64,000 bases of DNA. Origin: Enterobacteria phage vB_EcoM_IME340. The notes beneath the pieces are model-generated. The model saw only the letters and a list, made by a program, of their open reading frames with translations. It was not told the origin of the DNA and ran no database searches. Below, in pieces: positions 48,699 to 58,078 of this stretch. Position numbers and translations under genes: made by a program. Position 1 is the stretch's first letter. Each line of letters begins with the position of its first letter. The stretch lies in sequence record MH051916. One strand, written 5' to 3'.

Positions 48699-48863
48699 AT
48701 GAAAACATATAAAGAATTTATCAAAGAAGATATGGTAGCTGGAGATTCAGGTGGTAATCCTGAAAATATCTCTACTGGAACAACGTCAGGTGCTGTAGTA
48801 AATAAAGGTCCTGAACAGATTCCTAAAAAGAAAAAAGAGGAATCTAAAGAAAAAGAAGAGTAA
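48699..48863 (+). CDS. small protein with capsid-targeting-like N-terminus (54 aa)
   Basis: MKTYKEFIKED resembles IP CTS MKTYQEFIAE; Gly/Lys/Glu-rich tail; below ORF-track cut-off. Confidence 0.45.
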   Translation: MKTYKEFIKEDMVAGDSGGNPENISTGTTSGAVVNKGPEQIPKKKKEESKEKEE

Positions 48864-48865
48864 AA

Positions 48866-49894
48866 ATGTCATCAATACCTTGGATTGATAATGAGTTTGC
48901 ATACCGTGCATTAGCTCATTTACCTAAATTCACACAAGTAAATAATAGTTCAACTTTTAAATTACGGTTTAGATGTCCTGTTTGTGGAGATTCAAAAACC
49001 GACCAAAATAAAGCCCGTGGATGGTATTACGGTGATAATAATGAAGGAAATATTCATTGTTATAACTGTAACTATCATGCACCAATCGGAATATATTTAA
49101 AGGAGTTTGAACCTGATTTATATCGTGAGTATATCTTTGAAATAAGAAAAGAAAAAGGTAAAAGTCGTCCAGTAGAAAAACCTAAAGAACTTCCTAAACA
49201 ACCCGAGAAGAAAATAATTAAATCTCTTCCGTCATGCATTAGATTAGATAAACTGACGGAAGACCATCCAATTATAAAATACGTAAAAGCTCGCTGTATT
49301 CCAAAGGATAAATGGAAATATCTTTGGTTTACAACTGAATGGCCTAAATTAGTTAATAGTATAGCACCAGGAACATATAAAAAGGAAATACCTGAGTCTC
49401 GTCTTGTTATTCCAATTTATAATGTTAATGGAAAAGCTGAGTCTTTTCAAGGACGTGCATTAAAGAAAGATGCTCCTCAAAAATATATCACCATCAAAGC
49501 TTATCCTGAGGCAACAAAAATCTATGGTGTTGAACGGGTTAAAGACGGTGATGTATATGTTCTAGAAGGACCTATAGATTCGCTTTTTATTGAAAATGGT
49601 ATAGCTATTACAGGCGGTCAATTAGACCTAGAAATTGTTCCATTTAAAGATAGACGTGTATGGGTTTTAGATAATGAACCTCGTCATCCTGACACTATTA
49701 AGCGAATGACTAAATTAGTTGATGCAGGAGAAAGAGTTATGTTTTGGGATAAATCTCCCTGGAAATCAAAAGATGTTAATGATATGATTAGAAAGGAAGG
49801 TGCAACCCCTGAACAAATTATGGAATATATGAAAAATAATATTGCCCAGGGGTTGATGGCTAAAATGCGGTTATCTAAATATGCTAAGATTTAA
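48866..49894 (+). CDS. 61: DNA primase gp61
   Basis: 342 aa; zinc ribbon CPVCGDSK...CYNCNYH; TOPRIM region. Confidence 0.9.
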   Translation: MSSIPWIDNEFAYRALAHLPKFTQVNNSSTFKLRFRCPVCGDSKTDQNKARGWYYGDNNEGNIHCYNCNYHAPIGIYLKEFEPDLYREYIFEIRKEKGKSRPVEKPKELPKQPEKKIIKSLPSCIRLDKLTEDHPIIKYVKARCIPKDKWKYLWFTTEWPKLVNSIAPGTYKKEIPESRLVIPIYNVNGKAESFQGRALKKDAPQKYITIKAYPEATKIYGVERVKDGDVYVLEGPIDSLFIENGIAITGGQLDLEIVPFKDRRVWVLDNEPRHPDTIKRMTKLVDAGERVMFWDKSPWKSKDVNDMIRKEGATPEQIMEYMKNNIAQGLMAKMRLSKYAKI

Positions 49895-50091
49895 ATTAAC
49901 CCAACTAAAGCAAATGCTAAATCTACGAATGTATCAAGAGTAACTACTGGAATATTAATACCATGCGCAATAGCAACTGGCGATAAAACAAAATTCCAAA
50001 GTAAAATTCCTATCATAGCAGAAATAGTAAAAGCTATACGTTTTTTATTACCTTTGATGGCATTAACAAGTGCCATTAATTTTTGTACCAT
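49891..50091 (-). CDS. small two-helix membrane protein (66 aa), convergent to gene 61
   Basis: only minus-strand ORF in an otherwise uncoded gap; strong SD AAGGAGG 4 nt before ATG; near-TATAAATA motif upstream. Confidence 0.45.
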   Translation of the reverse strand: MVQKLMALVNAIKGNKKRIAFTISAMIGILLWNFVLSPVAIAHGINIPVVTLDTFVDLAFALVGLI

Positions 50092-50161
50092 ATGTCCTCC
50101 TTATTGCTTTATATATTTATTGTATAATTAATCTACTAATCCATGAATTGAAAGGATATAT

Positions 50162-50812
50162 GTGAATTACCAAAAAATTTACTCGGCTTTAATTACAAAA
50201 GCTAAATGCCGGCATCTTGGCGGATATAAAGAACGCCATCATATAATTCCTAGATGTATGGGAGGAACAGATGGCAAAAACAATCTTGTTGAGTTAACTG
50301 CGCGTGAGCATTTTATAGCTCATAGATTATTAACTAAAATATATCCAGATGTGAGAGGATTGCATTATGCTGTAAATTTAATGCGATATAATAAAGGTGT
50401 TAAATTAACAAGTAGATTAATAGAAACCCTTAAAATCCAAAACTCCGTTCTTTTCTCGGGTGAAAATAATCCTAGATATGGCAAGCCGTCATGGATTAAA
50501 GGCAAAAAGACCCCAGAAGAAACTAAAGCCAAAATGCGTCTAGCTCATAAAGGTAAAATTATATCCGATGAAGCCAAGGCTAATATGAGTAAAGCCCGAA
50601 AAGGAAGATTTAGCGGTAAAAATTCACCTCGATATGGTTTACCAAATCCTAGGCGAGGAGAAATATGGAATAGTTATGATGCGCTTTATGAATTATGGGT
50701 TTATAATAATAGACCTAAACGCACAAAATTTAATAAAATAGCTGTCAAGGCAGGTTATCCTAATATCTGCTATAGACATATGATAGAAAACTTCATAAGA
50801 AAGGAAAAATAA
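50162..50812 (+). CDS. HNH homing-type endonuclease with NUMOD-like repeats
   Basis: HNH core HHIIPRCMGGTDGKNNLVELTAREHFIAH; repeated NPRYG / NSPRYG motifs; GTG start after AGGA. Confidence 0.7.
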   Translation: MNYQKIYSALITKAKCRHLGGYKERHHIIPRCMGGTDGKNNLVELTAREHFIAHRLLTKIYPDVRGLHYAVNLMRYNKGVKLTSRLIETLKIQNSVLFSGENNPRYGKPSWIKGKKTPEETKAKMRLAHKGKIISDEAKANMSKARKGRFSGKNSPRYGLPNPRRGEIWNSYDALYELWVYNNRPKRTKFNKIAVKAGYPNICYRHMIENFIRKEK

Positions 50813-50813
50813 C

Positions 50814-51332
50814 ATGCCACATTTCAACGAATGTAGTCAACTGATCGCTGGTGCAGATAAAGCTCAAAATGAATATTGGGATATTCTCGGTGACGAAAAA
50901 GACCCGCTGCAGGTTATGCTTGATATGCAGAAATCTCTACAGGTTCGTTTAGCTAAAGATAAACCTGAATATAATCGTCATCCTGATGATTTGGCTACTG
51001 CTGGTGAAGTTGTTGATTGGCTGCGTAATCAGAAAGATTATATTGACGATGAATTCCGTGAACTTCTGACATCTCTTGGTGGTATGAGCAATGGCGAAAA
51101 AGATGCATCTGCTGTATGGAAGCCTTGGAAAGCTCAACATGGTGAACGTCGTGAAACTCTGATTACTGATTTGTCTCCACAAGACCAGTTGGAAATTAAA
51201 TTCGAAATGATTGATATTCTTCATTTCGTTCTGAACATGTTCCAAGGTCTTGGTCTTACGGCTGAAGAAATCTTTAAACTTTATTATCTGAAAAATGCTG
51301 AAAACTTCGCTCGTCAAGACCGAGGTTATTAA
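50814..51332 (+). CDS. 56: dCTPase/dUTPase gp56 (MazG-like)
   Basis: 172 aa, position upstream of soc; sequence consistent with T4 gp56 as recalled. Confidence 0.85.
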   Translation: MPHFNECSQLIAGADKAQNEYWDILGDEKDPLQVMLDMQKSLQVRLAKDKPEYNRHPDDLATAGEVVDWLRNQKDYIDDEFRELLTSLGGMSNGEKDASAVWKPWKAQHGERRETLITDLSPQDQLEIKFEMIDILHFVLNMFQGLGLTAEEIFKLYYLKNAENFARQDRGY

Positions 51333-51376
51333 TAGCTCGTTTATTTAAACGACGACTTAAAAGCCGCGAGAATTAT

Positions 51377-51384
51377 TATAAATA
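51377..51384 (+). promoter_or_regulatory. late promoter for soc
   Basis: exact TATAAATA 31 nt upstream of soc ATG. Confidence 0.7.
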
Positions 51385-51414
51385 ATCATGTAATTTAAAT
51401 AAAAGGAGAATTAC

Positions 51415-51660
51415 ATGGCTAGTACTCGCGGTTATGTTAATATCAAAACGTTTGAGCAGAAATTAGATGGAAATAAGAAAATTGAAGGAAAGGAAATTTC
51501 TGTAGCTTTCCCTCTTTATTCTGACGTTCACAAAATTTCTGGCGCTCATTACCAGACATTCCCTTCAGAAAAAGCAGCATATACTACTGTATATGAAGAA
51601 AATCAACGTACTGAATGGATTGCTGCAAACGAAGATTTGTGGAAAGTAACTGGCGGTTAA
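51415..51660 (+). CDS. soc: small outer capsid protein Soc
   Basis: MASTRGYVNIKTFEQKLDGNKKIEGKEISVAFPLYSDVHKISGAHYQTF... matches T4 Soc as recalled. Confidence 0.9.
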   Translation: MASTRGYVNIKTFEQKLDGNKKIEGKEISVAFPLYSDVHKISGAHYQTFPSEKAAYTTVYEENQRTEWIAANEDLWKVTGG

Positions 51661-51667
51661 TAATTCA

Positions 51668-51695
51668 AGGACTCCTGAAGGAGTCCTTTTTTTTC
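51668..51695 (+). terminator. intrinsic terminator
   Basis: AGGACTCC-TGAA-GGAGTCCT hairpin followed by TTTTTTTT. Confidence 0.75.
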
Positions 51696-51704
51696 ATTTA
51701 AACG

Positions 51705-51734
51705 GTTTACTTTCCAAAACAAGTATGGTATAAT
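51705..51734 (+). promoter_or_regulatory. early promoter
   Basis: GTTTAC 51705-51710, TATAAT 51729-51734. Confidence 0.6.
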
Positions 51735-51760
51735 AAAATTATCTTATAGAGGAGAGCACC

Positions 51761-51967
51761 ATGTTAAATCGTTGGATTAAACCAAATGAAGATTTAGATA
51801 TTATCATTTCACGGCATGTAATGAAGAAATATGAACTACAACCATGGTCTACAGAAGTTGTTGTGCATTCATTTATGATGTACGCAGATGGTTCTGTCGA
51901 ATTTAATGCAGAGATTCGATATGATTATGGTGAGAAGCAAGTTGAATTCAAGAGAGGCTTTTTGTAA
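51761..51967 (+). CDS. hypothetical protein (68 aa)
   Basis: GAGGAGAG SD. Confidence 0.5.
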   Translation: MLNRWIKPNEDLDIIISRHVMKKYELQPWSTEVVVHSFMMYADGSVEFNAEIRYDYGEKQVEFKRGFL

Positions 51968-52308
51968 TGTTTATCTTTAATTGGTTTAAAAATTTCTTTA
52001 CGGATTTTTTCTTTACAGCTCCTGGAGAAGGTGTAGTTCCTATTTCAAATGACTACCTTCCTTTAACTGTAGTTGAATATGTTTATATGGGAGATGGAAC
52101 AGTAGAAGCGGTTACTATGACTTATGAAGAAGCCCAGGAATATTATAAAAATCCTTGGCGCTGGTCAACACCTACTACATCATCTAATACAAAGAATACA
52201 CAGTCTAATTCTGATTCATATGACACTAATGTTCCTGTTCATGTATGGGCGGGCGATTCATGTGGAAGTTCTTGTGATTCTAGTTGTTCATCTACATCTT
52301 GTGATTGA
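51967..52308 (+). CDS. hypothetical protein with Cys/Ser-rich tail (113 aa)
   Basis: C-terminus [16 protein letters not shown]. Confidence 0.5.
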   Translation: MFIFNWFKNFFTDFFFTAPGEGVVPISNDYLPLTVVEYVYMGDGTVEAVTMTYEEAQEYYKNPWRWSTPTTSSNTKNTQSNSDSYDTNVPVHVWAGDSCGSSCDSSCSSTSCD

Positions 52309-52316
52309 GGAAAATT

Positions 52317-52802
52317 ATGGAAGCGATTTTGTTTGAAATGTATATTAGCAGTAATAGTATGTCGTTTGCTAAAGACGTTCCAATTACTGTAGCAGTAATG
52401 ATTGATAAGGGTTATTGTGACCCAATGTATCTCGTAGAAAATTTCGTTTCAATGCCAGTTCCAGAAGATGCTGAAATAAAACTTAAAAAGATTGGTATCA
52501 TTGAAACTGTACCAAATATTCCATTTAGAGCAATTGAAGCATTTACTAAATCCGAATACATTAATGTTAGCGCAGAACAATATAATGATAAACCTTTATC
52601 TTTCTATTCGTATGATTCATTATATAGTTGGAAAATAGATAAAGGAAATAAATTTATAATTGCGAGTGAAGATGCGTTATCATACTTTATTTCTTCTGTA
52701 TGGAATAGTTTACATCCAAATTTGCTAAAAATTCATGAATTTGATGATGCTCCTACTGTTGTTTTGGGTAAAGTAAATGAAAGTTCTGAAGAAAATGCTT
52801 GA
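52317..52802 (+). CDS. hypothetical protein (161 aa)
   Basis: ATG after TGAGGAAAAT. Confidence 0.5.
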   Translation: MEAILFEMYISSNSMSFAKDVPITVAVMIDKGYCDPMYLVENFVSMPVPEDAEIKLKKIGIIETVPNIPFRAIEAFTKSEYINVSAEQYNDKPLSFYSYDSLYSWKIDKGNKFIIASEDALSYFISSVWNSLHPNLLKIHEFDDAPTVVLGKVNESSEENA

Positions 52803-52980
52803 ATGGTTCAATAGACCAAACTCAATGTACATTGACGATGGTTGGGTTGAACAAGCAAATAAAGAAATGCAGAACGAATCAGAAGAATGGATGAAATCAA
52901 TGATTAATGCTGAGAAAGAAAAGAAATTAGAACGCTCAGCGCTTAAATTGATGAGAGACATCTATGGGGATAAATCATGA
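52795..52980 (+). CDS. hypothetical protein (61 aa)
   Basis: start overlapping upstream stop. Confidence 0.4.
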   Translation: MLEWFNRPNSMYIDDGWVEQANKEMQNESEEWMKSMINAEKEKKLERSALKLMRDIYGDKS

Positions 52981-53141
52981 ACAGAGATATGACGCTAGAA
53001 GAGGCCAAGGCTAAAGCAAATGAAGCATTGGATTTGCTTCTTAAAATTGGCAGTAAAATGATGGAAGAGAATGAAAAATATATCCAGGAAAACAAAATTC
53101 CTGACGGCCCATTAGTAGGCAAAAGGAAATCACATGATTGA
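52977..53141 (+). CDS. hypothetical small protein (54 aa)
   Basis: ATGA coupling to upstream ORF. Confidence 0.35.
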   Translation: MNRDMTLEEAKAKANEALDLLLKIGSKMMEENEKYIQENKIPDGPLVGKRKSHD

Positions 53142-53604
53142 AGTAGCAAAACATTATTCAATAGAATTTATGTCTAAAGAAGGTAAATCAGTAAATACGC
53201 TTGATAAAAAGTGCTCATTAATTATTCCTTTAGCAGAAAATCCGGATCTTTTAATTAAAGATATAAAAGAAAGAAAATACCCAGAAAATGTTATCCTAAT
53301 TATAAAGCATACTGAAGATATTTTGCAGAATACTGATTCACCATTTTCTTCTTCTGAAGCTTTAACTATTAAAGGATATAAAAGAGCTCATGAATATGGT
53401 CTTTTTGACCTGTTTGAAGATGATAACGTTAAATTAGCGAGTCAACCTTCTAAAAGTAAAACATTCATTATTGAAGATATTAAAGACATAAATGCATTTG
53501 TTAAGATGGTCTGGGCTCATTTTGATGTTGGACTACGCTGGAGAATGTCCGAAGAAGAAAGAAAAATTATTGAAGCTAATCGTTATTTTGGTTTTTATCG
53601 CTAG
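53134..53604 (+). CDS. hypothetical protein (156 aa)
   Basis: ORF-track CDS. Confidence 0.5.
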   Translation: MIEVAKHYSIEFMSKEGKSVNTLDKKCSLIIPLAENPDLLIKDIKERKYPENVILIIKHTEDILQNTDSPFSSSEALTIKGYKRAHEYGLFDLFEDDNVKLASQPSKSKTFIIEDIKDINAFVKMVWAHFDVGLRWRMSEEERKIIEANRYFGFYR

Positions 53605-53612
53605 GAATTAAT

Positions 53613-53795
53613 ATGGATTTATTTGAGATGTTAGAAGATAATCATTCTACGAATATCCAGAATGATTCTAGTGATTATAAGAAAGAGTACCGTATAGTAT
53701 TACAGAATTATGGAATTGAAGCCCCAGATGCTCTTCTAGAAGAACTAGCTTCATACCATCTTGACCCTCCGCCCTGGGCTCCCTGGGCAAAATAA
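53613..53795 (+). CDS. hypothetical acidic protein (60 aa)
   Basis: ORF-track CDS. Confidence 0.45.
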   Translation: MDLFEMLEDNHSTNIQNDSSDYKKEYRIVLQNYGIEAPDALLEELASYHLDPPPWAPWAK

Positions 53796-53806
53796 TTCAA
53801 AAAGTT

Positions 53807-53836
53807 GTTTACTTTCCTTCCTAACAATGATATGAT
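53807..53836 (+). promoter_or_regulatory. early promoter
   Basis: GTTTAC 53807-53812, TATGAT 53831-53836. Confidence 0.5.
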
Positions 53837-53862
53837 AGCTTCTGAAGTATATGGAGGCTATC

Positions 53863-54486
53863 ATGATTATTAATCTTGCAGATGTTGAACAGTTATCTAT
53901 AAAAGCTGAAAGCGTTGATTTTCAACATGATATGTATAAAAAGGTCTGTGAAAAATTTACTGACTTTGAACAATCAGTTCTTTGGCAATGTATGGAAGCC
54001 AAAAAGAATGAAGCTCTTCATCGGCAGTTGAATAAAATCATTAAAAAGCATTTAACTGAATCACCTTATCAGTTATATCGTGGTATATCAAAATCGACAA
54101 AAGAACTCATTAAAGATTTACAAGTCGGAGAAGTGTTTTCAACGAACAGAGTAGATTCATTTACTACTAGTTTGCACACAGCGTGTTCTTTTTCTTATGC
54201 TGAATATTTCACTGAAATAATATTTCGCTTAAAAACTGATAAAGCTTTTAATTATTCTGACCATATCAGCGATATTATACTTTCTTCTCCTAATACTGAG
54301 TTTAAGTATACATATGAAGATACTGATGGATTAGATTCAGAACGTACTGATAACTTAATGATGATTGTACGTGAACAAGAATGGATGATTCCAATTGGAA
54401 AGTATAAAATAACTTCTATTTCAAAAGAAAAATTACACGATTCATTTGGAACATTTAAAGTGTATGATATTGAGGTAGTTGAATGA
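53863..54486 (+). CDS. modB: Mod-family ADP-ribosyltransferase (207 aa; ModB by size)
   Basis: R-S-E ART triad elements: YRG, STS-like FTTS, EQEWMIP; paralogue of next gene. Confidence 0.7.
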   Translation: MIINLADVEQLSIKAESVDFQHDMYKKVCEKFTDFEQSVLWQCMEAKKNEALHRQLNKIIKKHLTESPYQLYRGISKSTKELIKDLQVGEVFSTNRVDSFTTSLHTACSFSYAEYFTEIIFRLKTDKAFNYSDHISDIILSSPNTEFKYTYEDTDGLDSERTDNLMMIVREQEWMIPIGKYKITSISKEKLHDSFGTFKVYDIEVVE

Positions 54487-55085
54487 AATATTCAGCAATG
54501 CAATTAAAAGATTTTAAAATCAAATCAATGGATGCATCGGTGCGTGCTTCTATTCGTGAAGAATTACTTTCTGAAGGATTTAATTTATCTGAAATTGAAC
54601 TTTTAATTCATTGTATTACTAATAAGCCAGACGACCACTCTTGGTTAAATGAAATAATCAAATCTCGTTTGGTTCCAAACGATAAACCTCTTTGGAGAGG
54701 TGTTCCAGTTGAGACTAAGCAAGTGTTAAATCAAGGAATTGATATTATTACATTTGATAAAGTAGTATCAGCTTCATATGATAAAAATATAGCTCTACAT
54801 TTTGCTTCTGGATTAGAATACAATACACAAGTTATTTTTGAATTCAAAGCTCCTATGGTATTTAATTTTCAGGAGTATGCTATAAAAGCTCTACGTTGTA
54901 AAGAATATAGTCCAAGTTTTAAGTTTCCAGATAGCCATCGCTATCGTAATATGGAATTAGTTTCAGATGAACAAGAAGTAATGATACCAGCTGGAAGTGT
55001 ATTTAGAATTGCGGATAGATACGAGTATAAAAAGTATTCAACATACACTATCTATACTCTTGACTTTGAAGGATTTAATCTATAA
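54483..55085 (+). CDS. modA: Mod-family ADP-ribosyltransferase (200 aa; ModA by size)
   Basis: LWRG, SASYD, EQEVMIP motifs; ATGA overlap with previous gene. Confidence 0.7.
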   Translation: MKYSAMQLKDFKIKSMDASVRASIREELLSEGFNLSEIELLIHCITNKPDDHSWLNEIIKSRLVPNDKPLWRGVPVETKQVLNQGIDIITFDKVVSASYDKNIALHFASGLEYNTQVIFEFKAPMVFNFQEYAIKALRCKEYSPSFKFPDSHRYRNMELVSDEQEVMIPAGSVFRIADRYEYKKYSTYTIYTLDFEGFNL

Positions 55086-55141
55086 TGGAAGGACTTAGAT
55101 TCATTATACCATGAAAGTTTTAAAGCATTTTTCATAAAGTT

Positions 55142-55171
55142 GTTTACAAGCTGAAGTAAAAATGTTATAGT
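55142..55171 (+). promoter_or_regulatory. early promoter
   Basis: GTTTAC 55142-55147, TATAGT 55166-55171. Confidence 0.6.
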
Positions 55172-55200
55172 ATAAGTAGTTAACCGTCCGTGAGAAAAAT

Positions 55201-55947
55201 ATGAAACTGTCTAAAAATCAAATTCGTAAAATTACACGTCGTCTAGAGCATACTCAGGCATCTGCTAAAAGACGTTCTAAAGATTTTAACTTAGACTTCA
55301 ATTACATTAAGAACATTTTAGATCAGAAAGTTTGCGCTTACTCGGGAGAACCTTTTGATAATCATATTGAAGGAGAGAAATTATCATTAGAACGTTTTGA
55401 TAATAACGTTGGATACATTAAAGGGAATGTTATTGCAGTAAAGAAAAAGTATAATACATTTCGTTCTGATTATACTTTAGAAGAGTTGATTGAAAAGCGT
55501 GATTTATTTGCTTTGCGAATTGGTCGTTCATCTGCGAAAAAAGTTCATAAACTAAATTTAGATGAAAAGAAATGGGCTAAAATCAAAAAGACTTATAATC
55601 AAATTAAAGCTATACAGAAAAAACGCGAAAACCGAATTGAGCACATTTCTCAGCTTTCTAAATCAAAACAAACCTCTGACGTTAAGCTAACGATTATAGC
55701 ACTTAAAGCTCGTATTGATGGTTCTCGTATAGCAGAAGGCGCTGAAGTTGTTAAACTAAACGTTCTTCTTAAAGGCTCGGATTGGAAAACTGTGAAAAAA
55801 TTGTCAGAAGCAGAAATGCAATATGATATGTGTGATAAAATTATTCAAGGTGTAGAGCGGTATCAAAACTTGTCTTTTATTGATAAACTTAAACTGAAAA
55901 GAGGATACCCGCTAAATTGTTCAATTTTTAAACTTATCCGAGGATAA
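55201..55947 (+). CDS. srd: Srd-like protein (248 aa), assigned by position and size
   Basis: basic protein between mod genes and dda as in T4. Confidence 0.55.
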   Translation: MKLSKNQIRKITRRLEHTQASAKRRSKDFNLDFNYIKNILDQKVCAYSGEPFDNHIEGEKLSLERFDNNVGYIKGNVIAVKKKYNTFRSDYTLEELIEKRDLFALRIGRSSAKKVHKLNLDEKKWAKIKKTYNQIKAIQKKRENRIEHISQLSKSKQTSDVKLTIIALKARIDGSRIAEGAEVVKLNVLLKGSDWKTVKKLSEAEMQYDMCDKIIQGVERYQNLSFIDKLKLKRGYPLNCSIFKLIRG

Positions 55948-55948
55948 T

Positions 55949-56260
55949 ATGTTTTATGTATATGCGATAGTGTATAGAGATAAAGATGGATTTGCGGTGC
56001 CTGTTCCGCTTGATGAACATCGTCCTGCTGTATTTTTTGAAAGGGAGATTGCTGATAAAGTATTTACTACTCTTAAAGAGCAGTATCAACTAGCTTTAGG
56101 TATGGGAATTCCGAGATTAGTTGAGACTCCACGCAAGTTTTGGTTTAATAAAATAGAAGTTAAACACGTTAAGCCTGATGTAGACACACAAAGATTATAT
56201 CGGCGAATTTTAGATACTGGGCGTATTGTTAGTATACCAATTGCAGGGAATTTACGATGA
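55949..56260 (+). CDS. hypothetical protein (103 aa), dda.1 position
   Basis: ORF-track CDS. Confidence 0.5.
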   Translation: MFYVYAIVYRDKDGFAVPVPLDEHRPAVFFEREIADKVFTTLKEQYQLALGMGIPRLVETPRKFWFNKIEVKHVKPDVDTQRLYRRILDTGRIVSIPIAGNLR

Positions 56261-57576
56261 CATTTGATGATTTGACCGAAGGCCAGAAAAATGCCTTTAA
56301 CATCGTTATGAGGGCTATTAAAGAAAAGAAACATCATGTAACTATTAATGGACCTGCTGGTACTGGTAAGACTACTCTTACTAAGTTCATCATTGAAGCT
56401 TTAATATCTACGGGCGAAACTGGAATTATTTTAGCAGCTCCTACACATGCAGCTAAAAAGATTCTTTCAAAACTATCAGGGAAAGAAGCGAGTACTATTC
56501 ACAGTATTCTTAAAATTAACCCAGTAACATACGAAGAAAACGTTCTTTTTGAACAAAAAGAAGTACCGGATTTAGCTAAATGCAGAGTATTAATCTGCGA
56601 CGAAGTATCAATGTATGATAGAAAGCTATTTAAAATTCTGCTTTCAACTATTCCACCTTGGTGTACTATAATTGGAATAGGCGATAATAAGCAAATTAGA
56701 CCTGTTGACCCAGGAGAAAACATTGCTTATATCAGTCCATTCTTTACGCACAAAGATTTTTATCAATGTGAACTCACTGAAGTTAAACGCAGTAATGCTC
56801 CTATTATTGATGTAGCTACTGATGTTCGCAACGGTAAGTGGATTTATGATAAAATTGTTGACGGGCATGGAGTACGTGGATTTACTGGTGATACCGCTTT
56901 ACGCGATTTTATGGTAAATTATTTTTCAATCGTCAAATCGCTAGATGATTTGTTTGAAAATCGCGTAATGGCATTTACGAATAAATCTGTTGATAAGTTA
57001 AATAGCATTATTCGCAAAAAGATTTTTGAAACTGATAAAGATTTTATCGTTGGTGAAATTATTGTAATGCAGGAACCATTAATTAAAACATATAAAATTG
57101 ATGGAAAGCCTGTGTCAGAAATTATTTTTAATAATGGACAATTAGTTCGTATTATAGAAGCAGAGTATACATCAACATTTGTTAAAGCTCGTGGTGTTCC
57201 TGGAGAATATCTAATTCGTCATTGGGATTTAACAGTAGAAACTTACGGCGATGATGAATATTATCGTGAAAAGATTAAAATAATTTCATCTGATGAAGAG
57301 CTGTATAAGTTTAACTTATTTTTAGGTAAAACGGCAGAAACTTATAAAAATTGGAATAAAGGTGGAAAAGCTCCATGGAGTGATTTTTGGGATGCTAAAT
57401 CACAGTTTAGTAAAGTGAAAGCACTTCCTGCATCAACATTCCACAAAGCTCAGGGCATGTCTGTAGATCGTGCTTTCATCTATACGCCTTGTATTCATTA
57501 TGCAGATGCTGAACTAGCACAGCAGCTTCTTTATGTTGGTGTCACTCGTGGTCGTTATGATGTGTTTTATGTATGA
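56257..57576 (+). CDS. dda: Dda DNA helicase (SF1B)
   Basis: 439 aa; MTFDDLTEGQKNAFNIVM...INGPAGTGKTT matches T4 Dda as recalled. Confidence 0.93.
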   Translation: MTFDDLTEGQKNAFNIVMRAIKEKKHHVTINGPAGTGKTTLTKFIIEALISTGETGIILAAPTHAAKKILSKLSGKEASTIHSILKINPVTYEENVLFEQKEVPDLAKCRVLICDEVSMYDRKLFKILLSTIPPWCTIIGIGDNKQIRPVDPGENIAYISPFFTHKDFYQCELTEVKRSNAPIIDVATDVRNGKWIYDKIVDGHGVRGFTGDTALRDFMVNYFSIVKSLDDLFENRVMAFTNKSVDKLNSIIRKKIFETDKDFIVGEIIVMQEPLIKTYKIDGKPVSEIIFNNGQLVRIIEAEYTSTFVKARGVPGEYLIRHWDLTVETYGDDEYYREKIKIISSDEELYKFNLFLGKTAETYKNWNKGGKAPWSDFWDAKSQFSKVKALPASTFHKAQGMSVDRAFIYTPCIHYADAELAQQLLYVGVTRGRYDVFYV

Positions 57577-57597
57577 TTAAATTTGAGGAAGCTATTC

Positions 57598-57843
57598 GTG
57601 GAAATAACTAAAGACCAGTTTTATCTACTTCAAGATAAAGTGAGCGAAATTTATGAAATAGCTTATAGTAAAAATCGCAAAAACGTGAAAATTGAATCAG
57701 GCAAGTTAATGCTTCAATTGGAAGAAATTGAACGAGATTTGATTGCGTTAGAATTCTTTTGCGGTGAAGTGAAAACTGTTACAATTAGTGATTATATTTT
57801 AGGTGAAATTAGCCATCTTTATAAGGCGATTATTAATGATTGA
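57598..57843 (+). CDS. hypothetical protein (81 aa), paralogue of next; start uncertain (GTG)
   Basis: C-terminal region resembles next ORF. Confidence 0.4.
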   Translation: MEITKDQFYLLQDKVSEIYEIAYSKNRKNVKIESGKLMLQLEEIERDLIALEFFCGEVKTVTISDYILGEISHLYKAIIND

Positions 57844-58078
57844 ATTAAGTTTACACCAATTTAAATCTCTTATGGCAAATGTTAAAGCTGTCATTGAGGA
57901 AAATCCAGGACCTGATAATGTTACTATTCGCGAAAAAGCTTCAAAGATAGTATACAGTCTTGAAGAGATACAAAAAGATATTGAATCTATTGCAAAATTT
58001 ATTGATGAGCCCATTAATAAAGTTTATATCCAAGATTATACTGTAGGTCAAATTCGCGATTTAGCAAGGAAAATTTAA
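57836..58078 (+). CDS. hypothetical protein (80 aa), paralogue of previous
   Basis: ...IQKDIESIAKFIDEPINKVYIQDYTVGQI vs ...IERDLIALEFFCGEVKTVTISDYILGEI. Confidence 0.5.
   Translation: MIELSLHQFKSLMANVKAVIEENPGPDNVTIREKASKIVYSLEEIQKDIESIAKFIDEPINKVYIQDYTVGQIRDLARKI

Noticed and set aside
50101-50140. Late promoter for the minus-strand ORF 49891-50091
   Set aside because: The minus-strand sequence has ATAAATAT and TATATAAAG but no exact TATAAATA, so a late promoter cannot be asserted.
50949-51317. 122-aa minus-strand ORF antisense to gene 56
   Set aside because: Lies entirely within a recognised + strand gene; no translation signals.
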